A DNA stretch of 64,000 nucleotides from an uncultured Candidatus Rokubacteria bacterium. Its GTDB lineage: Bacteria; Methylomirabilota; Methylomirabilia; Rokubacteriales; DASRDR01. Both the position numbers and the translations under genes were made by a program. Positions 1 through 9,534 of this stretch are shown here, one piece after another. The stretch covers positions 1,056,001 through 1,120,000 of the forward strand of contig CAWGVS010000006.1 of assembly GCA_963826115.1 (NCBI GenBank), given 5' to 3'. A model generated the notes under the pieces. The model saw only the letters and a list, made by a program, of their open reading frames with translations, did not search any database and was not told where the DNA came from. Each line of letters opens with the position of its first letter. Position 1 is the first letter of the stretch.

Positions 1-2274
1 GCGGAGCGGCATGTCGATGTGCCGGACCTTGAACGACTTGAGCGCGTCCACGACGGCGTTGACGACCGCGGGCGTCGAGCCGATCGTGGCCGCCTCGCCG
101 ATGCCCTTGGCGCCGAGCGGGTTGACGGGCGTCGGCGTGACCGTCTGGTCGGTGACGAACGACGGCAGGTCGTCCGCGCGCGGCACGCAGTAGTCCATGA
201 GGGAGCCCGTCACCAGCTGGCCGTCCGTGCCGTAGACGAGCTCCTCGAAGAGGGCCTGGGCGATGCCCTGCGCGAGACCCCCGTGCACCTGGCCCGCGAC
301 CAGCGTCGGGCTGATGCGGACGCCGCAGTCGTCGACCGACACGAACTCGCGCACGGTGACCTGGCCCGTTTCCCGGTCGATCTCGACCACCGCGACGTGC
401 GCGCCGAACGGGTAGAGGAGCTGCGAGACCCGGAAGAAATCGGTCGCCTCGAGGCCCGATTCGATCCCGTCGGGCAGCTTGTCGCCGTAGGCGTGCCCCG
501 CGATCTGGGAGAGCGTGAGGGCGCGCGCCGGCACGCCCCGCACCTGGTACTTCCCGTCGTCGAAGACGACGTCGTCCTTGGCCGCCTCCAGCACGTGCGC
601 GGCGATCGCGCGCGCGTGCTCCTGCACCTTCAGGGCCGCCCGCAGGATGGACGTGCCGCCGACCGCGAGGCTCCGGCTCCCGCCGGTGCCGTTGCCCATC
701 GGCGTGTTTGAGGTGTCGCCGTGCCGGACGACGACCTGGTCGAACGAGACGCCCAGGTGGTCGGCGATGATCTGGGCGAAGGTCGTTTCGTGGCCCTGGC
801 CGTGGGCCGACGTGCCGGTGTAGGCCGTCACCGTGCCGGACGGCTCCACGCGCACGATGGCGCTCTCGAACGGCCCGAACCCGCACATCTCCACGTAACA
901 GGCGATTCCGATGCCGAGGAGCCTCCGGTCGTTCCGGGCCAGCCGGTCCGCCTGCTCCTTCCGGAGCGCGTCGTACTTCGAGACCTGGAGCGCCTTGGTC
1001 AGCGCGCGGTCGTACTCCCCGCTGTCGTAGCGCTGGCCGGTGGGGGTGGTGTAGGGGAAGGCGCTCGGCGCGATGAAGTTCTTGCGCCGCACCACCTCGG
1101 GGGCGAGCCCGAGCTCCTGCGCGGCGACGTCGACGATGCGCTCGATGTAGTAGCAGCCTTCCGGCCGGCCGGCGCCACGGTAGGCGGCCACGGGCGTCGT
1201 GTTGGTGAAGACGCAGGTCGACCGGAGGTCGATGTTGGGGATCCGGTAGACGCCGACGCCCATCATGAGCGCCAGGTCCGGGATGAACGTGAAAATCGGG
1301 TACGCGCCGATGTCCGCGAGGACGTGGACGCGGAGCCCGGTGATGGTGCCGTCTTTCTCGACCGCCGCCTCGACCTCGGTCACGTGCGCGCGGCCGTGCG
1401 TGGTGGCGACCATGTGCTCGACGCGGGTCTCGACCCACCGGAGCGGCAGCTGGTAGACCTTGGCCATCGTCGCGAGCGCCGCGTCCTCTGGATAGACGCC
1501 GAACTTCACCCCGAACCCGCCGCCGACCTCGGGCGCGATCACGCGGATCTGGTTCTGCTCCAGCCCCAGGATGGTCGCGAGCCCGTTCCGGAACCCGTGA
1601 GGCGCCTGGGTCGTGGCCCAGATCATGAGGCCGCCGGTGGACGGATCGGGAGCGGCCAGCGTGGCGCGCCCCTCCATCGGGACCCCGCAGAGGCGCTGGC
1701 TGACCATCCGCTGGCGGACGACCTTGAAGGCGCTGGCGAAGGCCTTGTCCGCGTCGCCGGCCACGATCTTGTTCTCGTGCTCCACGTTGTTCGGCGCGTC
1801 GGCGTGGATCTGCGGGGCGCCGGGCTTCCGTGCCGCGACGGGGTCGCTCACCGCGGGGAGCGGCTCCCAGTCGACGGCCACGTCGGCGGCGCCGTCGACC
1901 GCGATCGCCTCGGTCGTGGCGATGACCGCGGCCACCGCCTCGCCGACGTGGCGGACGCGGTCGATCGCCAGCGCGTAGTGCTTGCGTCCGATCGAGGCCT
2001 CGCCGACGCCGCCCTCGCTCGACGCCTGGTCGACGGGGACCGGGCCGCAGTGGGGCTTCAGATCGGCGCCGGTGACGACCCGGACGACGCCCGGCCGCTT
2101 CAGGACGGTTGAGGCGTCGATCCGGCCGATCCGCGCGTGCGCGTGCGGGCTGCGGACGAAGGCCACGTAGTGGAGGCCTGGCAGCGAGATGTCGCCCGTG
2201 TACATCGAGGTCCCTGTGATCAGACGCGGGTCTTCCTTGCGCTTGACCTGGGCGCCCATCATCTTCACGGCCAT
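1..2274 (-). CDS. Xanthine dehydrogenase-family molybdopterin-binding subunit (form II CoxL-like), running off the left edge of the window
   Basis: Absent from the ORF track because its stop lies outside the window. Manual translation from the ATG at 2274 gives MAVKMMGAQVKRKEDPRLITG...FVRSPHAHARI, with GGGFG, AYRGAGRPE, HGQGHET, GQVHGG.AQGIAQAL and GAKGIGE motifs. Confidence 0.93.
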   Translation of the reverse strand, partial: MAVKMMGAQVKRKEDPRLITGTSMYTGDISLPGLHYVAFVRSPHAHARIGRIDASTVLKRPGVVRVVTGADLKPHCGPVPVDQASSEGGVGEASIGRKHYALAIDRVRHVGEAVAAVIATTEAIAVDGAADVAVDWEPLPAVSDPVAARKPGAPQIHADAPNNVEHENKIVAGDADKAFASAFKVVRQRMVSQRLCGVPMEGRATLAAPDPSTGGLMIWATTQAPHGFRNGLATILGLEQNQIRVIAPEVGGGFGVKFGVYPEDAALATMAKVYQLPLRWVETRVEHMVATTHGRAHVTEVEAAVEKDGTITGLRVHVLADIGAYPIFTFIPDLALMMGVGVYRIPNIDLRSTCVFTNTTPVAAYRGAGRPEGCYYIERIVDVAAQELGLAPEVVRRKNFIAPSAFPYTTPTGQRYDSGEYDRALTKALQVSKYDALRKEQADRLARNDRRLLGIGIACYVEMCGFGPFESAIVRVEPSGTVTAYTGTSAHGQGHETTFAQIIADHLGVSFDQVVVRHGDTSNTPMGNGTGGSRSLAVGGTSILRAALKVQEHARAIAAHVLEAAKDDVVFDDGKYQVRGVPARALTLSQIAGHAYGDKLPDGIESGLEATDFFRVSQLLYPFGAHVAVVEIDRETGQVTVREFVSVDDCGVRISPTLVAGQVHGGLAQGIAQALFEELVYGTDGQLVTGSLMDYCVPRADDLPSFVTDQTVTPTPVNPLGAKGIGEAATIGSTPAVVNAVVDALKSFKVRHIDMPLR

Positions 2275-2322
2275 GGGGAGTGTCTCCTCAGTGGTTGGGT
2301 GTGCGTGACTCGGTCATTCCCA

Positions 2323-3033
2323 TCATACGAGCGGCCAGGGGTACCGCATGCCGGACGAGTCCTCGGGGAACTGCTCGGCCGCGCCCACCGCGCGAGCCCG
2401 GGCGAGGAGCGCCCGCCGCTCCTCGGAGGCGAGGAGCTCGGCCAGCGGGTCGGGCAAGCCCTCCCGGGCGAGCCGTTCCGTCGCCGCGCGCACCTCGTCC
2501 GGCACCGGCTCGCCCGCCAGGTCCCAGATCACCGTGCGAAGCTTCGGATCGGCGTGGAAGCACAGGCCGTTGTCGATCGCGTAGAGACGGCCGTCGCGTC
2601 CGAGGAGGCAGTGCCCGCTCTTGCGGTCGGCGTTGTTGGCGACGAGGTCGAAGGCGCAGAGGCGCGCCAGCGCCGCGCGGTGCTCGGGCCGCTGACGGAG
2701 CGTGAAGTAGTGCTCCTCGAAGTCGGCGTCGACGAAGAGCTGCACGGACCCCGGGCCGTACGGGCCTTCCCGCAGGAGCGTGGGCGGCACCAGACCGAAG
2801 CCGAGCGTCTCCGACAGGTGGTACGCGGCCACCTCGCGGCGATGGAGCCCCCGCGGGAAGTCCCAGAGCGGGCGCTCGCCTCGCTGGGGCTTGTACACGC
2901 CGAGCGTCGTCGCGCGGCCGCGCGTCACCTCGACGAGGAACGTGGCGTTCGAGGCCCAGGGGAGGCGGCCCTTGATGGCGATCTCGCCGTGCGCGATGAG
3001 CTCGAGGGGCGCGATGGCCGCGGCGCGCGACAT
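2323..3033 (-). CDS. SCO1664-family protein (PI3/4-kinase-like fold)
   Basis: Motifs ASNATF, VYKP.RGERPLWDFP, REVAAY, NNADRKSGH, IDNGLCFH and C-terminal YPWPLV. Start placed at the ATG at 3033. Confidence 0.88.
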   Translation of the reverse strand: MSRAAAIAPLELIAHGEIAIKGRLPWASNATFLVEVTRGRATTLGVYKPQRGERPLWDFPRGLHRREVAAYHLSETLGFGLVPPTLLREGPYGPGSVQLFVDADFEEHYFTLRQRPEHRAALARLCAFDLVANNADRKSGHCLLGRDGRLYAIDNGLCFHADPKLRTVIWDLAGEPVPDEVRAATERLAREGLPDPLAELLASEERRALLARARAVGAAEQFPEDSSGMRYPWPLV

Positions 3034-3041
3034 GGCCGGCG

Positions 3042-3647
3042 CTAGTCGGAGCCGTGCCCGTTTGTTCGGGCGCACTTGTGTCCGCCCGCGTTCATCGGCC
3101 GTCCGCACAGCCGGCACGTGGGCCGGCCCGCGTCGACGAGCCTCCGCGCCCGCTCCACGAACGCGGCGACCTGGGCCCCGGTCAGCCGGACGCGTCCCGA
3201 CGCCCGGTCGCTCTCTTCGTCCTCGGTCTCCTCGGATTCGGCGTCCGGCTCCGGGGCGCGGGCGGGCTCCGCGCCGGCGCGCCCCTCGGGCTCGTCCTCG
3301 CCCGCCTCCTCGGTCTCTTCCTCGTCCTGCTCCCGCGCTTCCTCGATCACCAGCACGACGCGCTCCGAGGCCTCGTCGTAGCCGACGCCGATCGAGCCCA
3401 CTGTCCAGGCCGGCGTGGCGGGCTCGACCAGGGCGAGGTCACCGCCGCCGGCCGTGGACGCCGCCGAGAGCCGCTCGAGGAGGCGGCCGAGGTACTCCGC
3501 GAGCGCGCGGACCTGCTCCTTCTCGCACTTCAGGGTGACGAGCGTGTCGTCCTGCCGCGCCTGGAGATAGAAGACCCGCTGCCCCGGCGGGCCGATCGTG
3601 CCGGCGGTGAACAGGTCCGGGGACGCGAACTCGAACGAGTCGGTCAT
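3042..3647 (-). CDS. DUF3090-family protein
   Basis: GTIGPPGQRVFYLQA and EKEQV motifs, plus C-terminal AGRP.C.LCGRP...GH.C.R.NGH zinc-finger-like motif. Confidence 0.88.
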   Translation of the reverse strand: MTDSFEFASPDLFTAGTIGPPGQRVFYLQARQDDTLVTLKCEKEQVRALAEYLGRLLERLSAASTAGGGDLALVEPATPAWTVGSIGVGYDEASERVVLVIEEAREQDEEETEEAGEDEPEGRAGAEPARAPEPDAESEETEDEESDRASGRVRLTGAQVAAFVERARRLVDAGRPTCRLCGRPMNAGGHKCARTNGHGSD

Positions 3648-3657
3648 GAGGGCGACG

Positions 3658-4272
3658 TCACTGGCCGGCGAGGGGGGCGAGGTCGCCCCGCGTGGCGTTG
3701 ACGGCCAGGACCGTGGGCCCTCCGGTTCCGTAGGCGATCGCGGTCACCGACGCCGTGAAGACCGCGATGCGCTGGAAGAGATCGAGGTGCGTGCCGAGCG
3801 CGTGCGCGACCGCCGTCTTGATCGGGTCCGCGTGCGAGACCGCCACGACCGTGTGGCCGGGGTGTGCGGCGACCAGACGAGCCACCGTGCCGGTCATCCG
3901 CGACTGCATCTCGACGAACGATTCGCCGCCCGGGAACCGGAAGCCGCTCGGGTAGCGCTGGATGACCTTCCACTCCGGCCGACGGCTCAGGTCTTTCAGG
4001 GGGAGGCCTGTCCACTCGCCGTAGTCGCACTCGAGGAGCCCCGGCTCGACCGTGACGGGCACGCCGGACGCCGCGGCGATGGGCGCGGCGGTCTCCTGCG
4101 CGCGCTCGAGCGGCGACGAGTAGACCGCGGCGATCCGCGGGAGGCGCGCGATGCGGCTCGCCACGTCGGCCGCCTCCTCGCGTCCCTTGTCCGCGAGGTG
4201 GAGCCCCGGCGCCCGGCCGGGCAGGGTGACGCCGGTGGTCGCAGTCTGCCCGTGGCGCACGAGCAGTATCAA
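3658..4272 (-). CDS. Histidine phosphatase / MSMEG_4193-family putative phosphomutase
   Basis: LVRHG, SSPLERA.ETA, ECDYGEWTG, VSHADPIK and HLDLFQRI motifs. Confidence 0.9.
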   Translation of the reverse strand: MILLVRHGQTATTGVTLPGRAPGLHLADKGREEAADVASRIARLPRIAAVYSSPLERAQETAAPIAAASGVPVTVEPGLLECDYGEWTGLPLKDLSRRPEWKVIQRYPSGFRFPGGESFVEMQSRMTGTVARLVAAHPGHTVVAVSHADPIKTAVAHALGTHLDLFQRIAVFTASVTAIAYGTGGPTVLAVNATRGDLAPLAGQ

Positions 4273-4437
4273 GGTGGTCTTCGCGACGCGTCCGTTCCGG
4301 ATAGGTCGGCTCCTCGCCTGCTCTCCCGGTTAGAGTAAAGCATCGCCTGGCAGGGTCAATCGGCCGCCACCCCCGGGGCCCCGCTCCGCGCCGGTCCGTG
4401 GTACAACTCCGCTCGAACCCATCACACGGAGGCCGCG

Positions 4438-4620
4438 ATGCCCAACGTCACGATCCAGTGGTACGCGGGACGCACCGATCAGCAGCGGCGCGAGATCACC
4501 GTCGCCATCACCGACGCTCTCGTCCGCATCGGCAAGACGACGGCGGACCAGGTCCACATCGTCTTCCAGGACGTCGAGAAGAATCACTGGGGTTACAACG
4601 GCAAGCTCGCCAGCGACTAG
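4438..4620 (+). CDS. 4-oxalocrotonate tautomerase family protein
   Basis: 60 aa with catalytic N-terminal Pro (MP), GRTDQQRR and W..G motifs. GGAGG RBS upstream. Confidence 0.9.
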   Translation: MPNVTIQWYAGRTDQQRREITVAITDALVRIGKTTADQVHIVFQDVEKNHWGYNGKLASD

Positions 4621-4638
4621 GCCCCCGCACGGACCGCC

Positions 4639-4673
4639 GGGGTCAGGCCTGACGTCGGATCAGGCCTGACCCC
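4639..4673. repeat. 14-bp inverted repeat (GGGGTCAGGCCTGA...TCAGGCCTGACCCC) between convergent genes; REP-like or terminator-like
   Basis: Perfect inverted repeat read directly from the sequence. It overlaps the stop codon of the M20 peptidase gene. Confidence 0.6.
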
Positions 4674-6039
4674 AGAGGAGCATCAGGGCGGCGAAGGCCT
4701 TGATGGCGCGCCGCGCGTCGTCGAGCCGGATGTGCTCGTTGGGCGCGTGGATGAGGCTCCCGCTGTAGCCGACGCCCGGCGGCAGCGCGGCCGGCGTCCC
4801 CCGGCTCGTGTAGAAGAACGTCGACGAGGAGCCGCCCATCCACGGGAAGACCGCCGGCGGGCGACCGTACACGTCCTGGCACGCCGCCATGAGCGCCTGC
4901 CCGATGGGCGACGCGGCCGGGGAGGCGCCCGGCTCGAACGTGCTGTGCTGGATCACCTCGATGTCGCCGAACCCCTTCCGGCGGAGGTGGGCCTTCAGCG
5001 CGGCGAGGATCCGGAGCGGCCGCTGGCCCGGCACCAGCCGGAAGTCGAGCTTCACGGCGGCGTGGGCCGGGTTGATCGTCTTGCTGCCCGGCCCCGTGTA
5101 GCCGGACACGATGCCGTCGATGTTGCAGGTGGGGTTGTAGCAGTAGGCGACGAGCCGGCCGAGCCGCGTCTTGCCCCCGAAGACCTCGGTGACGCCGTAC
5201 GCCTTCTGCCAGGCGCGCGGATCGAACGGGTTCTTCCGCAGGAAGCCGAGCGCCTCCTGGGTCGGGCGGGGGACCCCGTCGTAGAAGCCCGGGATCAGGA
5301 CGCGCCCCCGCCGGTTGCGGATGACCGCGAGCGCGTCGATGAGCCGCCACGCAGGGTTCGGCAAGGACGCGGCGAGGGAGCTGTGCTGGTCGACGGCGGC
5401 GGTCCGGACGCGGAGCTCGACGTAGAGGATGCCCTTGCTGCCCATGTAGACTTCCGGGACCCCGTCGGGCGTGTGCCCCGCGCCCTCGATCGTCGCCCCC
5501 GCGCCCCGGAAGAGACCGGGGTTCTTCCGGGCGAAGGCGGGAAGGTGGGGGCTCCCGACCTCCTCCTCGCCCTCGACCATGAACCGGAGCCCGATCGGCG
5601 GCGCGCCCATCACCTCCCGGACGGCGGCGAACGCGACGGCCTGCGCCACCGTGTTGCCCTTCGTGTCGGCCACCCCGCGCGCGAAGAGCTTGCCGTCCTC
5701 GACGACGGGGTCGAACGGGGGACGCTTCCACTCGTCGAGGGGATCGACCGGCTGGACGTCGTAGTGGTTGTAGAGGATGAGCGTCGGCGCCCCCGGCGGC
5801 CCCGCGGTCTCCCCCACGACCATGGGCGGCCCGCCGGGCACGTCGAGGAGCCGGGCCGCCACGCCGTGGCGCGCGAGGACCGCGCGCGTGAACTCGGCGC
5901 CCTCTGCCTCCGCCTCGCGCCGGGCGCTGATGGTCGGCACGCGCGCGTAGGCGCGGAGCTCCTCCACGAACTCGTCGAAGCGGCGGTCGATCCGGGCGTA
6001 GACGTCCTGGCGGGCCGCTTGGGCGGTGCGATCGTTCAT
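4660..6039 (-). CDS. M20/M25/M40 family metallopeptidase (ArgE/DapE-like dipeptidase)
   Basis: YNHYDVQP, ARGVADTKG, EGEEEVGS and IHAPNE motifs. Confidence 0.92.
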   Translation of the reverse strand: MNDRTAQAARQDVYARIDRRFDEFVEELRAYARVPTISARREAEAEGAEFTRAVLARHGVAARLLDVPGGPPMVVGETAGPPGAPTLILYNHYDVQPVDPLDEWKRPPFDPVVEDGKLFARGVADTKGNTVAQAVAFAAVREVMGAPPIGLRFMVEGEEEVGSPHLPAFARKNPGLFRGAGATIEGAGHTPDGVPEVYMGSKGILYVELRVRTAAVDQHSSLAASLPNPAWRLIDALAVIRNRRGRVLIPGFYDGVPRPTQEALGFLRKNPFDPRAWQKAYGVTEVFGGKTRLGRLVAYCYNPTCNIDGIVSGYTGPGSKTINPAHAAVKLDFRLVPGQRPLRILAALKAHLRRKGFGDIEVIQHSTFEPGASPAASPIGQALMAACQDVYGRPPAVFPWMGGSSSTFFYTSRGTPAALPPGVGYSGSLIHAPNEHIRLDDARRAIKAFAALMLLWGQA

Positions 6040-6070
6040 GTCGATGCCTCCAGGGGACAGGAGCCTCGGC

Positions 6071-8503
6071 TCACATGAGCCCCATGATCTGCCAGACCGG
6101 TACGCTCAGGAGCAGTGCCACCGGACGGAGGAGGCTCTCGATCACGAGCGGCCACCGCGCCTGCTCGTGCGTGAAGAGCTCGCCCTCGCTGGCGAAGTAC
6201 ACGATGGCGTAGCCCGAGTTCACGTAGGGCAGGATCGTGTGGTCGCCGGCGATGAGGGCCACCAGGACGGGGATGAAGGGATGGAAGCCGAGCCCCTCGG
6301 CGATGGGCATGGCGACGAGCGCGATGATCGTCGACGCCGTCATCCAGGGCACGAAGAAGTGCAGCACGAACGCGACGAACGAGATGGTGAGGACGAACCC
6401 GTACGGGTTCCGGACCATCGCCGGCATGCTGGTCTGCACGACGGAGGTCAGCCACGCGTCGATGTGCAGCGACGTGAACACGTTGCCGAGGCTCAGGATC
6501 ACCCCGCAGTAGATGAGAAGCCCGAGCGTCCCGCCGCCCTGGAAGGCCGACTGGTCCAGCGCGCCGAGCGCGAACAGGAAGAGGAAGGAGGCGAGGGCCA
6601 GCCATGCCGGCGCGATGCCGTGGTACGGCAGGGTGGCGAAGCCGACGATGAGGAGCACCAGCACCGTCGCGCTCCAGATCTCGTTCCGCGTGAGCGGGCC
6701 GAGCAGCGCCTGCTGGAGCCGGACGGCGTCCACGTTGACCCGCCCCGTCCGGTGCGGCTTGAAGAGGACGAGCAGCACGAGGTACATCACGACGCCGATG
6801 ACGATGAACGGCGGCAGCGCGACGAAGAACCAGCGCCACCAGGTGATCTGGGCCTTGGCGGCCGCCGGGAGCAGGTCGTGGACGATGAGCCCCGTGAACG
6901 TCCCGGTCTGGAACAGCTCTCCCATCTCGAGGAAGGTGAAGAACGTCATCAACCCGACCGCCGCCGCTCCCGCGCTCCGGGGCGCGAACCCCATGGCGTC
7001 CGTGATCCCGCGCGCGATCGGCACTCCGAGCGCGATCCGCGTGGAGCCGCTCGAGAGCCCCGCGGTCATCAGGACGCCGGTCAGGCAGAGCACGACGCTC
7101 TGGGGGACGAACCGCGGCGGCAGTCGCTGGAGCGACAGGAGCACCAGCCGGAACATGAGCCCCGAGCGGGCGACCGCCACGCCCACCGCGAGGAGAGTGA
7201 AGATCATGTTCCAGGCGGGGGCGGCGAAGCCGCCGAGGATGTCCGCGGGTCGCACCACGCCGGGCACGACGAGGGCCAGCGTCAGGAACAGCATGACGAC
7301 GTAGTCGGGGAAGACGTTGGCCACGAGGAGCGGCACCATCGCGAGGAGGGCCGAAAGTGTGACGAGGCCGCCCCGTCCGAGCCCCTCCGGGAGCGGCAGG
7401 GTCCATCCGAGCGCGAAGATCACGATCGCGGCGAGGGCGCTCAGCGCGCGCACGGTTGCGAACTGGCGGGCGAGCCGCCCGAACAGGGGCGCGGCGCGCT
7501 CGCGGCTCCCGGGCGCCGCCGGCTGCGCGGGGGCGGCCAGCCGCTCGGTGAGCCGCGTCCGGAGCCCGCCGAGACGGGCCCCGAGGGCCGGTGCCCGCTC
7601 GCCGACCGCGGCGAGCCAGCGGTCCAGGTCTCCGGCGGACGCCGTCTGGAGGAGATGGGCCTCGTGGTCGCCGAGGAGCTTCTCGGCCTCCTCGACCGCG
7701 CCGGCTGCCAAGGCGAGGTCCGTGGCCGCGACGACGTCTCCGGCCGCCACCATCTCCTCGGCCGCGGTGCGGAGCCAGGCGGCGTTCGGCTCGCGAAGCT
7801 CCCCGCCGGCGATGGTGAGGAACGCGGGATCGAGTACCAGGTCGGTCCCCTCGGCCCGCAGAAGCCCGGACTGCTCGACGAGCTCCGTCAGCGCGTCCGC
7901 GTCCCCGGTCCGGGCGCACGTCCGGCGCAGCGTCTCGGCGGCCCAGCGCGGCCGGACCGCGACGTCGCCGATCAGCCGCACGGCGGCCGGGCTCAGGCGG
8001 CCGAGCGCTGCGGTGGCCAGGCGGTGGCCGAGCCCCCGCAGCGCGCTGGTCTCCTGGTTCATCGCCGCCAGCCGGAGGCTGAGCGACCGCTCGATGCTCC
8101 GGGCGATGCCGCGCTCGTGATCGAGGAGCGCCTCGAAGCGCGGGCGTGAGAGCCGCCACACCGTGAGGTCCGTCTCGGCCACCACGGTCGCCGTCCGCGG
8201 CGAGTCGGTGAGGAGCGCCATCTCCCCGAATACCTCGCCGGCTCCAAGGGTCGTGAGCTGCTCGCCCGCGCCGTCGCCGCCGGCGGCGGCGGCCGCGACC
8301 CCGGCGAGCACCGCGGCCCGGCCCTGCTTGATCACGTAGAACCCGTCGGGCCGGTCACCCTGACGGACGATGACCTGGCCCGGGGTGAAGCGCTTCTCCT
8401 CGAGCTCGCCGGCCAGCCGGGCAAGGTCGAGGCGTCCGAGATGCGAGAAGAGGGGCGACCGGGCGAGGGCGGTGGCTGAGTCGGGACGTCCGAGGTTCGA
8501 CAT
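6071..8503 (-). CDS. Fusion of a cyclic-nucleotide-binding domain, a MalT-like helical linker and a DASS/SLC13 anion permease
   Basis: N-terminal cNMP signature (GEVFGEMALL...PRTATV). The C-terminal ~450 aa are multi-TM with a DASS-like pattern (LGPLTRNE..., SSGSTR). Start placed at the ATG at 8503. Confidence 0.8.
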   Translation of the reverse strand: MSNLGRPDSATALARSPLFSHLGRLDLARLAGELEEKRFTPGQVIVRQGDRPDGFYVIKQGRAAVLAGVAAAAAGGDGAGEQLTTLGAGEVFGEMALLTDSPRTATVVAETDLTVWRLSRPRFEALLDHERGIARSIERSLSLRLAAMNQETSALRGLGHRLATAALGRLSPAAVRLIGDVAVRPRWAAETLRRTCARTGDADALTELVEQSGLLRAEGTDLVLDPAFLTIAGGELREPNAAWLRTAAEEMVAAGDVVAATDLALAAGAVEEAEKLLGDHEAHLLQTASAGDLDRWLAAVGERAPALGARLGGLRTRLTERLAAPAQPAAPGSRERAAPLFGRLARQFATVRALSALAAIVIFALGWTLPLPEGLGRGGLVTLSALLAMVPLLVANVFPDYVVMLFLTLALVVPGVVRPADILGGFAAPAWNMIFTLLAVGVAVARSGLMFRLVLLSLQRLPPRFVPQSVVLCLTGVLMTAGLSSGSTRIALGVPIARGITDAMGFAPRSAGAAAVGLMTFFTFLEMGELFQTGTFTGLIVHDLLPAAAKAQITWWRWFFVALPPFIVIGVVMYLVLLVLFKPHRTGRVNVDAVRLQQALLGPLTRNEIWSATVLVLLIVGFATLPYHGIAPAWLALASFLFLFALGALDQSAFQGGGTLGLLIYCGVILSLGNVFTSLHIDAWLTSVVQTSMPAMVRNPYGFVLTISFVAFVLHFFVPWMTASTIIALVAMPIAEGLGFHPFIPVLVALIAGDHTILPYVNSGYAIVYFASEGELFTHEQARWPLVIESLLRPVALLLSVPVWQIMGLM

Positions 8504-8667
8504 GAGTGCGTTCGGGACGGCGGCTATCTTCGACGACCTTCGGGCCGGCTGTAAAGAGGGCGTCCTCGTTCTCGCGCCCAATCCGCCCCGGGTTGCGATG
8601 CGGCCGCCCCCTGTCGCATCCTGGACTCGGCGACGCCGGGCCCGGTCCGGCGGCCCGGGAGGCCTCG

Positions 8668-9519
8668 ATGCGCTGGAGAGACATGCGTCGCAGTGACAAC
8701 GTCGACGATCGGCGCGGGATGCCGATGGGCGGTGCCGGGTTGAAGCTGGGGGGCGGCGGGCTGCTCCTGATCGTGGTTCTGAGCTTCCTGACGGGGACGA
8801 ACCCGCTCGATCTCCTGAGCAGCCTGGAGGAGGCCTCGCCGCCCGCCGTCGACAGCGGGCCCGAGCGCAAGCCTCCCGCGGACGATCCCCAGGCGGACTT
8901 CGTGCGGGCCGTCGTGGGCGACATCGAGGACACCTGGGGACGGCTCTTCACCCAGGGCGGCGGGACCTACGAGGCGCCGCGCCTGGTCCTGTTCAGCGGC
9001 GCGGTCCAGTCGGCGTGCGGTCAGGCGAGCGCCGCGGTTGGCCCCTTCTACTGCCCGCCTGACCGTCGCGTCTACCTCGACCTCGAGTTCTTCCGCGAGC
9101 TGAGCGAGCGCTTCGGAGCTCCGGGCGACTTCGCGCGCGCCTACGTCGTGGCGCACGAGGTCGGGCATCACGTCCAGAACCTCCTGGGCACCTCGGACAA
9201 GGTGCAGCGACAGCGGGCTCGCCTCGACCAGGCCGCGGCGAACGCGCTCTCCGTGCGGCTCGAGCTCCAGGCCGACTGCTACGCCGGCGTGTGGGGGTAC
9301 TCCGCCGCGCGCCGCAACATCCTTGAGCCGGGCGACGTGGAGTCAGCTCTGGCGGCGGCGACGGCGATCGGCGACGACCGCCTGCAGAAGCAGGCGCGGG
9401 GCTACGTCGTGCCGGAGTCGTTCACCCACGGCTCGTCCGCGCAGCGCGTCCGCTGGTTCAAGACGGGGCTCGAATCGGGGGACGTCCGGCGCTGCGACAC
9501 GTTCGCGGCCCGGTCCTAG
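8668..9519 (+). CDS. ypfJ: YpfJ-family neutral zinc metallopeptidase
   Basis: MRW...RRSDNVDDRRG, GPFYCP.D, AHEVGHHVQ, ELQADCYAG and FTHGSSAQR motifs. GGAGG RBS before the ATG at 8668. Confidence 0.9.
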   Translation: MRWRDMRRSDNVDDRRGMPMGGAGLKLGGGGLLLIVVLSFLTGTNPLDLLSSLEEASPPAVDSGPERKPPADDPQADFVRAVVGDIEDTWGRLFTQGGGTYEAPRLVLFSGAVQSACGQASAAVGPFYCPPDRRVYLDLEFFRELSERFGAPGDFARAYVVAHEVGHHVQNLLGTSDKVQRQRARLDQAAANALSVRLELQADCYAGVWGYSAARRNILEPGDVESALAAATAIGDDRLQKQARGYVVPESFTHGSSAQRVRWFKTGLESGDVRRCDTFAARS

Positions 9520-9534
9520 CGGGCCGGGGAGGCG

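Noticed and set aside
1-2274. Bona fide aerobic CO dehydrogenase (form I coxL)
   Set aside because: The active-site loop is AYRGAGR (PYRGAGR in the second copy), not AYXCSFR, and no coxMS or coxDEFG genes are visible.
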